Of a stretch of 64,000 nt of DNA, positions 12,515 through 24,659 are shown in pieces; the first letter of the stretch is position 1; each line of letters starts with the position of its first letter. A program made the position numbers and the translations under genes. Where the stretch lies: assembly GCF_006345805.1 (NCBI RefSeq), contig NC_042997.1, positions 29,946,001 to 30,010,000 of the forward strand. The letters run 5' to 3'. The stretch comes from Octopus sinensis (lineage: Eukaryota). The notes below the pieces were generated by a model. It worked only from the letters and a program-made list of their open reading frames with translations. It was not told where the DNA came from and did no database searches.

Positions 12515-12895
12515 CATCATCGGTAACCACTGAGCCGCAGGTTTTATGTCGGAGTTATCCCAGTTACCTGAGTTACCTTCTCCTAGAAGGATGCCCTAAC
12601 AAAGGCTAGGAGTCCTTCACTCCTAATGGTTTAACCACGCGATCGGGTATTCAGTCCGATTATTTCTATGTCCCCGCGCATGATACAGCCTTAAGACATT
12701 TATTGGATGGCCACTGACTCTCAAAAGTTCCTCCGCTCTTTGACGGGTTTTGTTTTTCATTCCGCAGGGTGTCCAGTAAACACCCTCCTCACCAAGCAAG
12801 CTTGGTGGGGTTGCCGGTTTAGTCGCTGACGACCCGACCATGCAACAGGTTGTACTGGGTTACATGTTACCAGTAACATTCGAAAGTGACCTGAC
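12515..12895 (-). mobile_element. Non-autonomous RTE-associated element (RTE-like 5' region, (GAT)n tail)
   Basis: Minus strand carries GGGCATCCTTCTAGGAGAAGGTAACTC, which resembles RTE 5'-region motifs from recall, and ends in ACCGATGATGATG. A diverged homologue of its head lies at 29350-29460 (+). Confidence 0.5.
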
Positions 12896-12934
12896 ATAAT
12901 ACATACATACATACATACATACATACATACACAC

Positions 12935-12984
<50 letters not shown>

Positions 12985-13036
12985 TATAATTATGCACATA
13001 TCACACACACACTCATATATATATATATATATATAC

Positions 13037-13073
<37 letters not shown>

Positions 13074-13164
13074 TAGATAGATAGATAGACAGACAGACAG
13101 GTAGACAGAAGGGGCACCGCCATTTGGTGTTGCTACATATATTTATTTCACACTAATTCTTTTT

Positions 13165-13373
13165 ATAATTGACATTTGATGCGTGAGAGAATTTCATGCC
13201 GCTGCCTTCCTCTGCACTTCCTACTGTGAAGTTGGTTCATCTGGGACTCTTGACAATAAGAGGTCCAGTTTCGTTTTGAAAACACCTACATCCACCCTAT
13301 GCAGGTCTCTCAGGTCCTTCAGGAGGATATTGAAGAGGTATGATCCCCTAAAGCCCAAGCGGTTGCAGTATCT

Positions 13374-13378
<5 letters not shown>
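13165..13378 (-). mobile_element. CR1-group LINE 3' end, decayed
   Basis: Minus translation GFRGSYLFNILLKDLRDLHRVDVGVFKTKLDLLLSRVPDEP...AAA*NSL resembles the C-terminus of CR1-group ORF2. Confidence 0.65.
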
Positions 13379-13408
<30 letters not shown>

Positions 13409-13424
13409 TATATATATATATATA

Positions 13425-13640
13425 TATATAACGGGAAGCTTTATGAAAATAAACAAAAGACGAAGGCAGGTGGAATACAAACAAACGATGTATTAGTATA
13501 GCGCTCAGGAATATAAATAAAACAAGTCTTTTACGTTTCGAGCCTACGCTCTTCAACAGAAGGATACACAGAAAAGAAACACGGAGAGAAACAAGGAGAG
13601 AAAAAAATGCGTGCAGAAGCTAGCGAATCAACATGGCGAT
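13425..13640 (-). mobile_element. Penelope-type terminal repeat fragment with a hammerhead-like relic
   Basis: Same family as 4205-4390. Minus strand CTT-CTGTTGA-A-GAGC GTAG GCTC-GAAA-CGTA-AAAG (13528-13563). Confidence 0.5.
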
Positions 13641-14758
13641 CATATATATATGGGGGCTAATATCAAATAATAAGAATGAGTGAACACTACATCGGTCGGT
13701 AGATATTATTTGTGGGCTAAGCTACATGTGAGAGATTTTCGCACATGTTCAAGCGTACCACATGGAGATGTTGGTACACGTGGGGAAAGTAGCAATACCT
13801 CCATATGTTAGGATTGAATAATTGTGATGATCTCTACCCATGAATTTGCCATGGTAACCCGTAAATAAAATAGATAAATAGAAAGATAGATAGATAAATA
13901 GAAAGATAGATAGATAAATAGAAAGATAGATAAAGTAGATAGATAGATACATAGAGAGACAGACACACAGACAGACAATGAGTAAGTGAGAGAGGTGGAA
14001 ACATTTTGCATAAGGTAAACACATCAGTAGGAGCACGTGGTAAATATGTATATTTTGTCATATTACTCACTGATAAGTAACTATAAACATTATATAATTT
14101 TATATCATATTTCATAATTTATGTAGACAGTATCTTTCGGCTTTCGTACAGTATTAACGGAGAAAGAACAACGAAAGTGTTGTAGACTATAATGGTTCAT
14201 TTCAATTCAAAATATGAGATACACAAAAGAATGATACATCAAAATAATAATATCCGTAGCACTCTACTTGAAATTGTTATATCACAGAATAATTACCGTT
14301 TTTAGTAAATTCTTTTATTTTACCAATTGTTTGTATAGGATACCCCAAGCGTGTCTGCACAAGTTTTTTTCTGCTTTGTTTTCTCATTATCATCTATAAT
14401 TTATTTGTTTATTTCGTGTCTGTCATCACGCTAATATTATGACGACTTCAATTGTAATAGACTTCCTTAAATCTCAATAGGTTCTACTATGATTCACCCA
14501 GCCACCTTTTGAGTGAATAGAAAGCGGTGAGAAATATATAGGATTTTTTTTATTATTACGAATATTTGAACAAAAAATTAACAATATATTTTTTGTCTTT
14601 ATCTTTTCATATTTTCTTTATTTACTACGTGTCTGTTTCAGAATTGTGTGCATCGTGGGTACAGAGAATGAAAGAAGCACCGTAATTAAAATATTAAACA
14701 TTTTAGGAATTAAAGATTAATTTTTCTTCAATCCAAAACATGTGCCTTACTGTTTTAG

Positions 14759-14843
14759 GTATACAGGCAAGCAGCGTAATGGATACTGAGCGAAAGGCTA
14801 AGGACTCGAATTTACTTCGTAATATCCAAACTTTGACTGGTTG
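14759..14843 (+). CDS. Candidate internal exon (IQASSVMDTERKAKDSNLLRNIQTLTG), product unknown
   Basis: Acceptor CCTTACTGTTTTAG|G and donor TG|GTATGA with one open frame. No family recognised. Confidence 0.18.
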
Positions 14844-15701
14844 GTATGAGCATTTACACAAAAGGAGTTTATTATGCTTTCTTTCTCCACCTCTTCCTTG
14901 CTCTCTCTCTCTCTTTGTTTCTCCCCCCTCTCTCTCTCTCCTCTATCAATCTATCTATTTATCTATCCCTTTCCATCCGTGTGTTCTCGCATTTGATTTG
15001 AAATGAAAACCTTAATTCATAAAGTTTTTTTCATACGGCAACAATCTTTTCAGAAACTAGAAACTCTCAAATGTGACTACTTGTATCCACTTTGCTGAAG
15101 TTGCCTCCAACCCAATAGCCGTTAGTTACCAACGATTCTGCTATTAGTAATTAGAAATCTCGGTCGCATATAACAGCCAATAGCAGTCAGTATAAGACCC
15201 ATCAAGTAGCAGTTAGGGGCAAATACATTCCATCACATGATTTAACCATAAAATTATGAACGACACCTCCTTCGCTATCTAAAAGCAAGCAGCCTTATTC
15301 AGAAACCATTTAAGCTTTGGTATTCAATACATTCATCTGGGTGATCAGAAGCTTTCATCTTAAATATGGGAAACTTTAAGTAATGATATGAGTTTATGAA
15401 ACAACGTTATCGACAAGTGCTTGTGTGTACATACGAGTACGTATGTATGTATGTATGTATGTATGTATGTATTATAAAGAAATGTATGCATTCAAACACG
15501 CCGCTCACATGATAAGCAAATAAGAATGGATAGCTCAAATCATCAATATGTGCATTTCAAAATGCATGCATATTATATGATATTATACAATTCCGCATTA
15601 TTGCATAACCACTCTATTTCTGCAATTGATGATCACGCTTTAATTCTTGAAATCCCATTGCATTATGTGTGTGTGCGTGTGCATGGGTGCGCGTGTGCCG
15701 C

Positions 15702-15752
<51 letters not shown>

Positions 15753-16017
15753 ATATTTCTCAGCTGTGGTATTTTGTCAAGTGAAACATCCCTTTAAGAC
15801 ATAGAGGGTTAAAAACAGTGTATACCTCAAAACCATATATACATGTATATGTGTTTGAGTGAGGGAATATCTGTGTATATACATATGCATCTATATATGT
15901 TTATCAACACGTATCTACGTTTATGTATACACTGAAATTGACGAATAGTATCAGTTTAATACACCGTAACTTAATAATTTTGTAGCTTTAAATATCGTAA
16001 AATAAGCAGTGGAATAT

Positions 16018-16236
16018 TACGAGTGGGTGCTGAAAACATCTTGGCTTTAAGGGCATCGCGAAAGGCTTGGCTGGAGACCCAACCCTCCGAGTTCATTTAC
16101 AGGGCTTAGAAAAACTGAAGGATCGCTGCAATAAATGTGTGAATCTGAGGGGAAATTGCTGAATATAATCATATTTAACTGATCCTCCTGTATTTTCGTT
16201 GACGCAATACCAAGAACTTTGCAGTACTGCCTAATG
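16018..16236 (+). mobile_element. Internally deleted mariner derivative
   Basis: TA-CGAGTGGGTGCTGAAAACATCTTGG ... CCAAGAACTTTGCAGTACTGCC imperfect TIRs. Internal GLEKLKDRCNKCVNLRG resembles the mariner transposase C-terminus. Confidence 0.7.
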
Positions 16237-16654
16237 TGTAATCAGTGAAACTATTGGAAAAGGTTTGCCCAGGATTACCGCAGTTTTATGACAGATACCA
16301 GTAAATTAATAAAAGTAATTGTTTAAATGTTTCTACATGGCCGTATGTGTGTTCTTGTACGCATAACTATGCGGGTAGCTCTGCGCATATGAGCATCACG
16401 ATTGACCTGAATTCTTCCTCATTAAAACTAATTTGCGACTGGCAATTGTAAAATGTTCAAATGTCTTCCTTCATTTCTCTAAAACTTGAGTATGTTCAAA
16501 GATAAACCTTGATTATTTTAATTGACATATTACGCACATACACCCACAGGATATATGTGTGTGTCTATATGTATGTGTGTGTATGTGTGTGTATGCGTGT
16601 GTTCGCGCGCATGCGTATGTGTGTGTGTATCATCATTAAACAGATAGCTCAAAT

Positions 16655-17100
16655 ACTGACCCCCCGCGGCTCCCCAACCATGCCTGTCTTGTGCTACTCC
16701 ACACACCCCTCCAAAGCTACCGCCACTAGTTTCTATGATGCTATCGCTAAATTTGGTTTTAGATCTTCCTCTTGCTCTTTTGCTATATGCTGCACCCGTT
16801 AATAGGAATTTACTAAAGGCTTGCCTTTAAGTATATGGCCGGTGGAGACCCATTGACTTTTCATGATTGAATTTAACTGTCTTTCTTTCCACTTAGCCTT
16901 TCTAATGATCCGCTTATTAGTTCTTTTATTCGTCCAGCTTTTTCTGAGAATACGTCTAAATTACAATTGTTCAAATACTTCAATTTCTCTTTTTATCAAA
17001 TTTCTTCATAAACCAGCATTCAGTTCCATAGTCGACTATGATAAATACAAGTGATTTGCAAAGTCATTTTTTGTTCGCAGTGAAATGCCTTTATCCTTCA
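16655..17100 (-). mobile_element. RTE-clade LINE 3' end, decayed
   Basis: Minus peptides IIVDYGTECWFMKKFDKKR and KRARGRSKTKFSDSI...AQDRHGW. Confidence 0.7.
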
Positions 17101-17123
17101 ACATAATGTTCAGTCAAATATAC

Positions 17124-17160
<37 letters not shown>

Positions 17161-17171
17161 TGTGTGTGTGG

Positions 17172-17202
<31 letters not shown>

Positions 17203-17203
17203 T

Positions 17204-17254
<51 letters not shown>

Positions 17255-18670
17255 GTCTGTGTGTGTGTGTCTTTAGTCTTGGATTAACACACAATACCTT
17301 GAAATCAAAGTGTTTGCTGGACGATCAAGACGAATTCAAGACTACGGAAGAGCAGTAACATGTTATACGTTAAAGTATTAGTATTGCGAAGTATACAATG
17401 ACCTATTTTTAAATGTCTACTTGAGTGCATACTGTAATGGTTGAAGATAATTATTATTCCTAGGAATATTATTTCAAACAGAAGGCGGAAAGCATTTCTA
17501 TTCACAACAAGATTCACAAAACTAATATATTGCGGAGAAATGATATATGTTTTGGAGCAAAGGATCTCGAAAGTTTTCTGGATCCAGTGATCCCAACACT
17601 AAAATTCATACGACTTCATTTTACTACTATTTCACTCAGAATTTTTTCCTCGTTTTTTTTTTGTCACGTGCGTAAATGAATACCTAGACCAATCTCTAGC
17701 CATCTAATGTAGCCATTAAAAAACACATAAAATTTTCAACAAAATATTTTTTATTGAAATATATTATAATCAAAGCTTCAGTAGATAATAGGTAGGTATT
17801 TCAGTAACCATAAAGAATGTGTGATTTGAGATGTCTATCGAAAACAATACAATTAACAAAAGAGTTGGACGCACTAATATTGCACCTACACCAATACTTC
17901 CAGATACTTTATGAAGCTGACTACAATAACCTGTCTGCAAGAATCATGATCTCTGTTTTGTAAAATAATAACGCAACAATTTCCTAAAGCTTCTCCGACC
18001 ATTTTCCCATTATCTTTTTTAAAAAAACAATTCTACGTTTCGCTAACAAACAAGATAAAAAGTAAAACTTCAAAAAAAATTTTCAAAATTGCCCACTGGA
18101 ACTATTTCCATCAAAGACAGAATTTCAATTGAAAATAGTAAATCACGACCATACATAGACACTTGAGTAAATACTTTCAAGGGAACCATTCTAGAATATT
18201 CTAAAAGATATCTCGGCGGTAATAAAGAAATATGAAACGAAATTTACATCTCAAATCATTGAACTGATAAGAGAAATATAATAAAAAAAAAACAGCACCA
18301 AAAATATCAAAGAACGACTTTCTACATAAACAATCTAGTGGTTAGAAATAATAGATTTCCTGCAAATCACACGCCCCAATAGTTTTTAAACGGAATGTAC
18401 GAGTCATTATATAATATCGTCTTAGGTGTACAATAAGTGCAAAACGACGGTATATAGATAAACGATCGAATGTCTATATTTTTAAATTGCTCAGTTAAGA
18501 GTGACTGAGGGCTAAAGAGCAACAAGGATAACAATGATAACAATAACAGAAATAAGAGTAAGAATCAAAATGCTACATAGGAAAGTGGATCAACCTATCA
18601 GTCATTGCAACCAAATCTTTTTCATATCATATACTAGTAAGGACAAGTCTAAAACTTAAACAGAATAATA

Positions 18671-19080
18671 GGCGCAGGAGTGGCTGTGTGGTAAGTAGCT
18701 TGCTAACCAACCACATGGTTCCAGGTTCAGTCCCACTGCGTGGCATCTTGGACAAGTGTCTTCTGCTATAGCCCCGGGCCGACCAATGCCTTGTGAGTGG
18801 ATTTGGTAGACGGAAACTGAAAGAAGCCTGTCGTATATATGTATATATATATATATGTGTGTGTGTGTGTTTGTGTATGTGCGTTTGTCCCCCTAGCATT
18901 GCCTGACAACCGATGCTGGTGTGTTTACGTCCCAGTCACTTAGCAGTTCGGCAAAAAGAGACCGATAGAATAAGTACTGGGCTTACAAAGAATAAGTCCC
19001 GGGGTCGATTTGCTCGACTAAAGGTGGTGCTCTAGCATGGCCGCAGTCAAATGACTGAAACAAGTAAAAGAGTAAAGAGT
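18671..19080 (+). mobile_element. tRNA-derived SINE, family A
   Basis: Full-length match with the other copies. Confidence 0.9.
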
Positions 19081-19615
19081 AATCATACCTGGAAATTCTT
19101 TGACTATAGGTCTACCGCAAGCCAAGCATATGGCAAGTAGAAAAGTAACTGTAGCTACTTGAAAGCAACAAAACTATGGCTGCAGTTATTTCTCTTCAAT
19201 TATCCTAAACGAATAATCTCCAGATATTACCCTTCTTCTCAACAATGTCTTCAATCTTTCTCTACAGTGACATATCCTTATCTAAGGAAACGCACTAACT
19301 TGTAGTCCATCCCTTGTAATTCATCAGTCACTGCCAGCTACACTCTATTACCCTAAAGGTGATTGAAGTTACCATTTCAAACAACATTCTTCGACATTTC
19401 CTCTGGACGACAACCGATACTGCTTTTGTAAAGCAATAAGTATTGGAGACCTATACTTTCTTATCACATACCAGATTAATTTGTTACTCTCGATATTAGT
19501 AAAGCGGGTGTATACTCATGGTAGTCCAAAGTCAAATGCTTAAATATATGAGCCCTCTTTCACTCATCATTTGGGTCAACTTCTTCAGGTCAGATCGCAA
19601 TAGTGAATCTCTTTC

Positions 19616-19658
<43 letters not shown>

Positions 19659-20489
19659 CACACACACACGCATTCTCTTTTCCTTTCTCCCACTCTCTCT
19701 TGCTCATTCACTCTTTTTCTCTCAACCAGATTGATTAAATTCTGTTCCAAAATACAGCTTTGTACACATACATTCTTCCTCTTATACATCAACCTATGCG
19801 TTTCACTAACAACTAGGTAACTTCACTGTTCTTTTGTAACTATGCATGCTAGGTATCATCTACATGTATCTTAGACGTTTCACGACAAATCTTTTGTGAG
19901 TCCTTGAACAAGAGCTTCAGAAAACCATTCTTAAATGCTATCATGCATAAGGTGTCTCTTTCAACAAGAAAACGACACAATCAACACATATATAAAGAAA
20001 CCACAACTAGACCCCGCTCACTATCGCTTAAAATGTTACAATTTAACATCACTGAAGCTCTCACCTGATAAACGCACATTTGGAACTTTAAAACATTTGC
20101 ATCTCAGAGACGCGACTTCAGAGAACTAACAACTCACCTGAATGCCCTGGTCATGGCTACTGGTAACAATATGTAATCCTTCTCGGCATCAAAATAATAA
20201 CAACTAATTGGTATGCAATCACGTAAAATCATTTCAACATCTAGCTCGCCTGTGATAAGTCTGCCTATACATTGCTGTTACAGTGCTTTCTAAACATCGA
20301 GCTTGGCAATCTTTGTATTTCACTCAGATAATATTACCCACTTACACATTTCTTCCTCTCTCGCTTCCCCGTACTATGTCCATTCCCAGAACGCACAGTA
20401 CAACACTAAGTATATTGGATTATCAGATTAATTCCTTCGTATTTTTCCATTTATTTTAATCCTTATTTTTCATCAATAATTTCAACAAA

Positions 20490-21210
20490 TCACTCAATAA
20501 TATATCCCCCTTCAATGTTCACTAGTTCTGGCCAACGTTCCACTGACTTGAGAGTAGAAATCACAGTGTCTTCGCTCGAACAATTCATTGAGCCACGTTT
20601 TAAGCTTCAGGTTGTGGTTGAACAAAATGCCACCAGACTGTTGGGCCAAAACATATAAAAATCTGAAGGCGCTATATCAGGAGAATCCACTAAGTTTGGG
20701 TAGAACTTCTAAACCAAGCTCGTGAATAACATTTTTGGTCAAATTATCGAAATGGGGGCGAGCGTTGTTGTGTTGATGAAACACACCATGTCGCCGTTTG
20801 GGTTGTTTTAACTAGATTGCCTCAAAGCTCTGTAGTGAGCGGGCGGTTGTTTTTAAGCATTTCATAGAGGATTAACCCTTCCTAATCCTACTAAACGCAG
20901 ACCATCGTGTAATACTGATGCAGCTCTAGCATGTCTGGAATAGATTCTTGCTTTCGATTCAGCGATTCTTTATTTCGTTTCATATTGATGTAAATGCACA
21001 AAAAATTAAGGTTCATTCGTAATACATGACAGCAAAGAAGAGCACACATTGACTCTCTGCGTGCGACTAGACTCGGAATGTTTGTAAGGAATCGATTGAC
21101 CCAATTTACTGACTTTTCCGATGACACGTATGTGTCGACGAATGGTTGAATGACCAAATCCAAGCTTCTCAGCTAGCTCCTCAACTGTTACGATGAGGTT
21201 TCGCATTATT
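20490..21210 (-). mobile_element. Degenerate mariner transposase fragments
   Basis: Minus peptides TVEELAEKLGFGHSTIRRHIRVIGKVSKLGQSIPY (HTH region) and HQHNNARPHF...ELGLEVLP (catalytic region). Confidence 0.75.
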
Positions 21211-21227
21211 TATGGGATGACTCATGG

Positions 21228-21292
<65 letters not shown>

Positions 21293-21369
21293 TGTGTGTG
21301 TCTGTGTCTGTGTTAGAGATGGTGTGAGCGAATAGGTATATATATATATATATATATGTATACGTAAAA

Positions 21370-21640
21370 AAATACAAACTGGGATAAAAACGCAAAACAT
21401 TTAGAAGACGATACAAAAAACACGGACGGGACATTCGAAGGCTTCAATCTTCAGTCAAGAACCGGATCATCCTCGCAATTTCGGCTGATTAATCTTGAGA
21501 TTGCTCCGATCTGGTCAGCCCCAAAGGAAAATCTAAGCCAAGCGCATTAGATTGCTTGGAAGAAAGCCTCGAATGTATACAAAACAAGGGCGGAAAAACG
21601 AACGACGTTACACGAATAAGAATACAAAATACATAAAAAC
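21370..21640 (-). mobile_element. Probable Penelope-type terminal repeat fragment
   Basis: T-rich minus strand abutting microsatellites, similar in layout to the other Penelope-type ends. Assignment is by resemblance only. Confidence 0.3.
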
Positions 21641-21659
21641 CAATAATGATAATAATAAT

Positions 21660-21732
<73 letters not shown>

Positions 21733-21775
21733 GCATATGTGTATATATATATATATATATATGCATGTATGTATC

Positions 21776-21811
<36 letters not shown>

Positions 21812-21866
21812 GTGTATGATTGTGTATATATATATATATGCATGTATGTATGTATCTATCTATGTA

Positions 21867-21899
<33 letters not shown>

Positions 21900-22398
21900 T
21901 ATAATTTATCTCCAGTTAAAAGAAGAAAAGAAAATGTAAATAAGTTAATAACTATTTATTTTTACAAATTGGTCGTCTTCGCTTCTTAGAGCTGTTTAAA
22001 TTAATACTTCATAATTTCAAATAATACCCTATAAATTCATTTCGGCACACTGTTGAAATGAATTGACAGCTGTACATAAAACATCGGAATGTACATTTTT
22101 TCTCTGATGAAATTATGTCATGTCATATAAATGCAAATTTAATATACAAATTTGTAATCAGATTATTGAAAAGGCAGTAGGAAGCTAAAATAACCAGTTT
22201 GTTAATAATGAATAACTGTTAACTTCATTCACTCCATCTTCTCTTCTTTTCGCTGGATAAAAACTATATGCTTAAAGTATACCTATTGTTTTAAAGGAAT
22301 ATCATTCCCCAACAGTATTAGGTGTTAAACCAGTATTTCCTTGGATGTAACCATCCCTTCACGATTTTAACATATCCTCTATATATATATATATAATA

Positions 22399-22803
22399 GG
22401 CGCAGGAGTGGCTGTGTGGTAAGTAGCTTGTTTACCAACCACATGGTTCCGGGTTCAGTCCCACTGTGTGGCACCTTGGGCAACTGTCTTCTACTATAGA
22501 CTCGGGCCGACCAATGCCTTGTGAGTGGATTTGGTAGACGGAAACTGAAAGAATCCTGTCGTATATATGTATATATATATGTATATGCGTGTGTGTGTTT
22601 GTGTGTCTGTGTTTGTCCCCCTAGCATTGCTTGACAACCGATGCTGGTGTGTTTAGGTCCCTGTTACTTGGCGGTTCGGCAAAAGAGGCCGATAGACTAA
22701 GTACTGGGCTTACAAAAGAATAAGTCCCGGTGTCGAGTTGCTCGATTAAAGGCGGTGCTCCAGCATGGCCGCAGCCAAATGATTGAAATAAGTAAAAGAA
22801 TCA
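22399..22803 (+). mobile_element. tRNA-derived SINE, family A
   Basis: Full-length match, slightly more diverged. Confidence 0.9.
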
Positions 22804-23841
22804 AAGAAAAAAAATATATATATAGATATATATATATATATGTATCTATATATATATATACATACATACATACATACATACATACATACATACATACATA
22901 CATACATACATACATACATACATACATACATACATACATGCAAACTGTAAACGCTCCTATATACGTTTGTGAAATGCGAAAGTTTGTAATTGTGGATTCG
23001 TATGTCAGCGTGTCCGTTAATATCAGTATATGTACATGTAGCACTGCACACATGTTTGATAATAGAAGATTAAATGATATCATTTATTGAGATAATTTTC
23101 CATATAACTTATCTTTGTGTATAAGACAAGAGGATGAAGTGAAGGTCACAAATAATCAACGAGATAACATTTATAATTCTTAACTTAATTCACTGATAGA
23201 GAATAAAATTTGCTTCGTTTTCGCATTATTAGAAGTCACTTCAAAATATTGCTTCTTATCTTCGACATTTGACAACACAGGTGTCCATTAATCATCCGCT
23301 ATAGTTTCCTATCAACTTTTCAAGTCAAATTTGGTTTTGGTCTACGGTACTTGTTGTAGTCTATTATCACTTTAAACTAAAGTTTCTGATTAACCAAATT
23401 GCACCTGTACGACATCCCACTCTATAATATCTCATTGTCTGCATTAGAAGTAGGATTATCTAGACAACATCACATTTTGAAGCCATTCATATCTATCTCA
23501 GAATTAATAAAAATGGGTATTACAAGTTTATCCCTAGAGAGTTCAGCTCCTACCATTGTCTACTTTTCCCTTTCATCACCCTGAGGTCAGCTATCAACTA
23601 ATGCTTTCGATATAATCGACTATGCTTTGAAGTCGGTATCGCAATGTGATAACATTTCAATAAAGGAATCTATTAAAAGACTAAAGGGATATATGCTTGT
23701 GTATGTACGTATATTGTATGCAAATGTGTGTGTGTGAGGGTGTGTTAGTGTGTGTATGTGCGTTGGTGTTAAATAGTTCTTGGCAGATATTATATATAAA
23801 CTGATCGATCTGTTGTCTCCTGAAGCAACTAGTTTATCAAC

Positions 23842-23865
23842 AACAACTACTACTACTACTACTAC

Positions 23866-23945
<80 letters not shown>
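23842..23945. repeat. (CTA)n followed by a long (TAA)n microsatellite
   Basis: Direct reading. Confidence 0.95.
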
Positions 23946-23948
<3 letters not shown>

Positions 23949-24037
23949 CTTAGATATGTTTCGACCAGAGATTGGTCCAGGCCATGTCTAACTTAATAGC
24001 ACCACCTGATAGGATTATTCGAATCCTGTTTAAGTCA

Positions 24038-24123
24038 AGTTTTGTTCAAGTAGTGAGTTCTTGTTGGGTGAGTTGTATCCAGTTTTGTTCAAGTAGTGAG
24101 TTCTTGTTGGGTGAGATGTATCC
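24038..24123. repeat. 43-bp tandem duplication
   Basis: AGTTTTGTTCAAGTAGTGAGTTCTTGTTGGGTGAG(T/A)TGTATCC twice. Confidence 0.9.
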
Positions 24124-24192
24124 AATTATGGGTGGCTTATCTGGTATTCTTTGAAGGAATCTATCCAGACTCTGTTTAAAGTTGATGGGATC

Positions 24193-24234
<42 letters not shown>

Positions 24235-24255
24235 ATAAACGCATATGTGTATATA

Positions 24256-24620
24256 CAGGGTGCAGTGAATAAACTGTCAATTCAATTACGCAAAAATGAA
24301 AATAATACTGACATCTCATTTTAAGATATATTTACCAAAATTACGTAAAAATATCTTGAAATACTAAAGAGTAAATTTAATCTCCTGCAACTCTTTTGGA
24401 CGTTCACTGTTTAAGTTGGTGAATGGGCGATGTGGTCGCAGAAATAGTCTAACAGCCATTGCTAGGTTCTCTCGCTTCTGTAGCATGGTGCAGAGTCCTG
24501 TTACCAGATACAGGGTCTCCCAGCAGCCACCCTCTTGACCCAGAGCAACACTATCTCCTCCAGGCACTAGATGTAGGCCTCCGTATTGAGTCTGAGGCCT
24601 TGTTGGAAGATGAATTGATG
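24256..24620 (-). mobile_element. Tc1/mariner-superfamily terminal fragment
   Basis: TA-CAGGGTG terminus followed by degenerate transposase-like sequence on the minus strand. Confidence 0.5.
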
Positions 24621-24659
24621 CATAACATCACAATCATATTTTTATATATTTTATAAGTG

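Noticed and set aside
21430-21460. Minus-strand CTGAAGA-TTGAAGCCTTC-GAATGTC
   Set aside because: GAAT instead of GAAA, and no foldable helix II or III.
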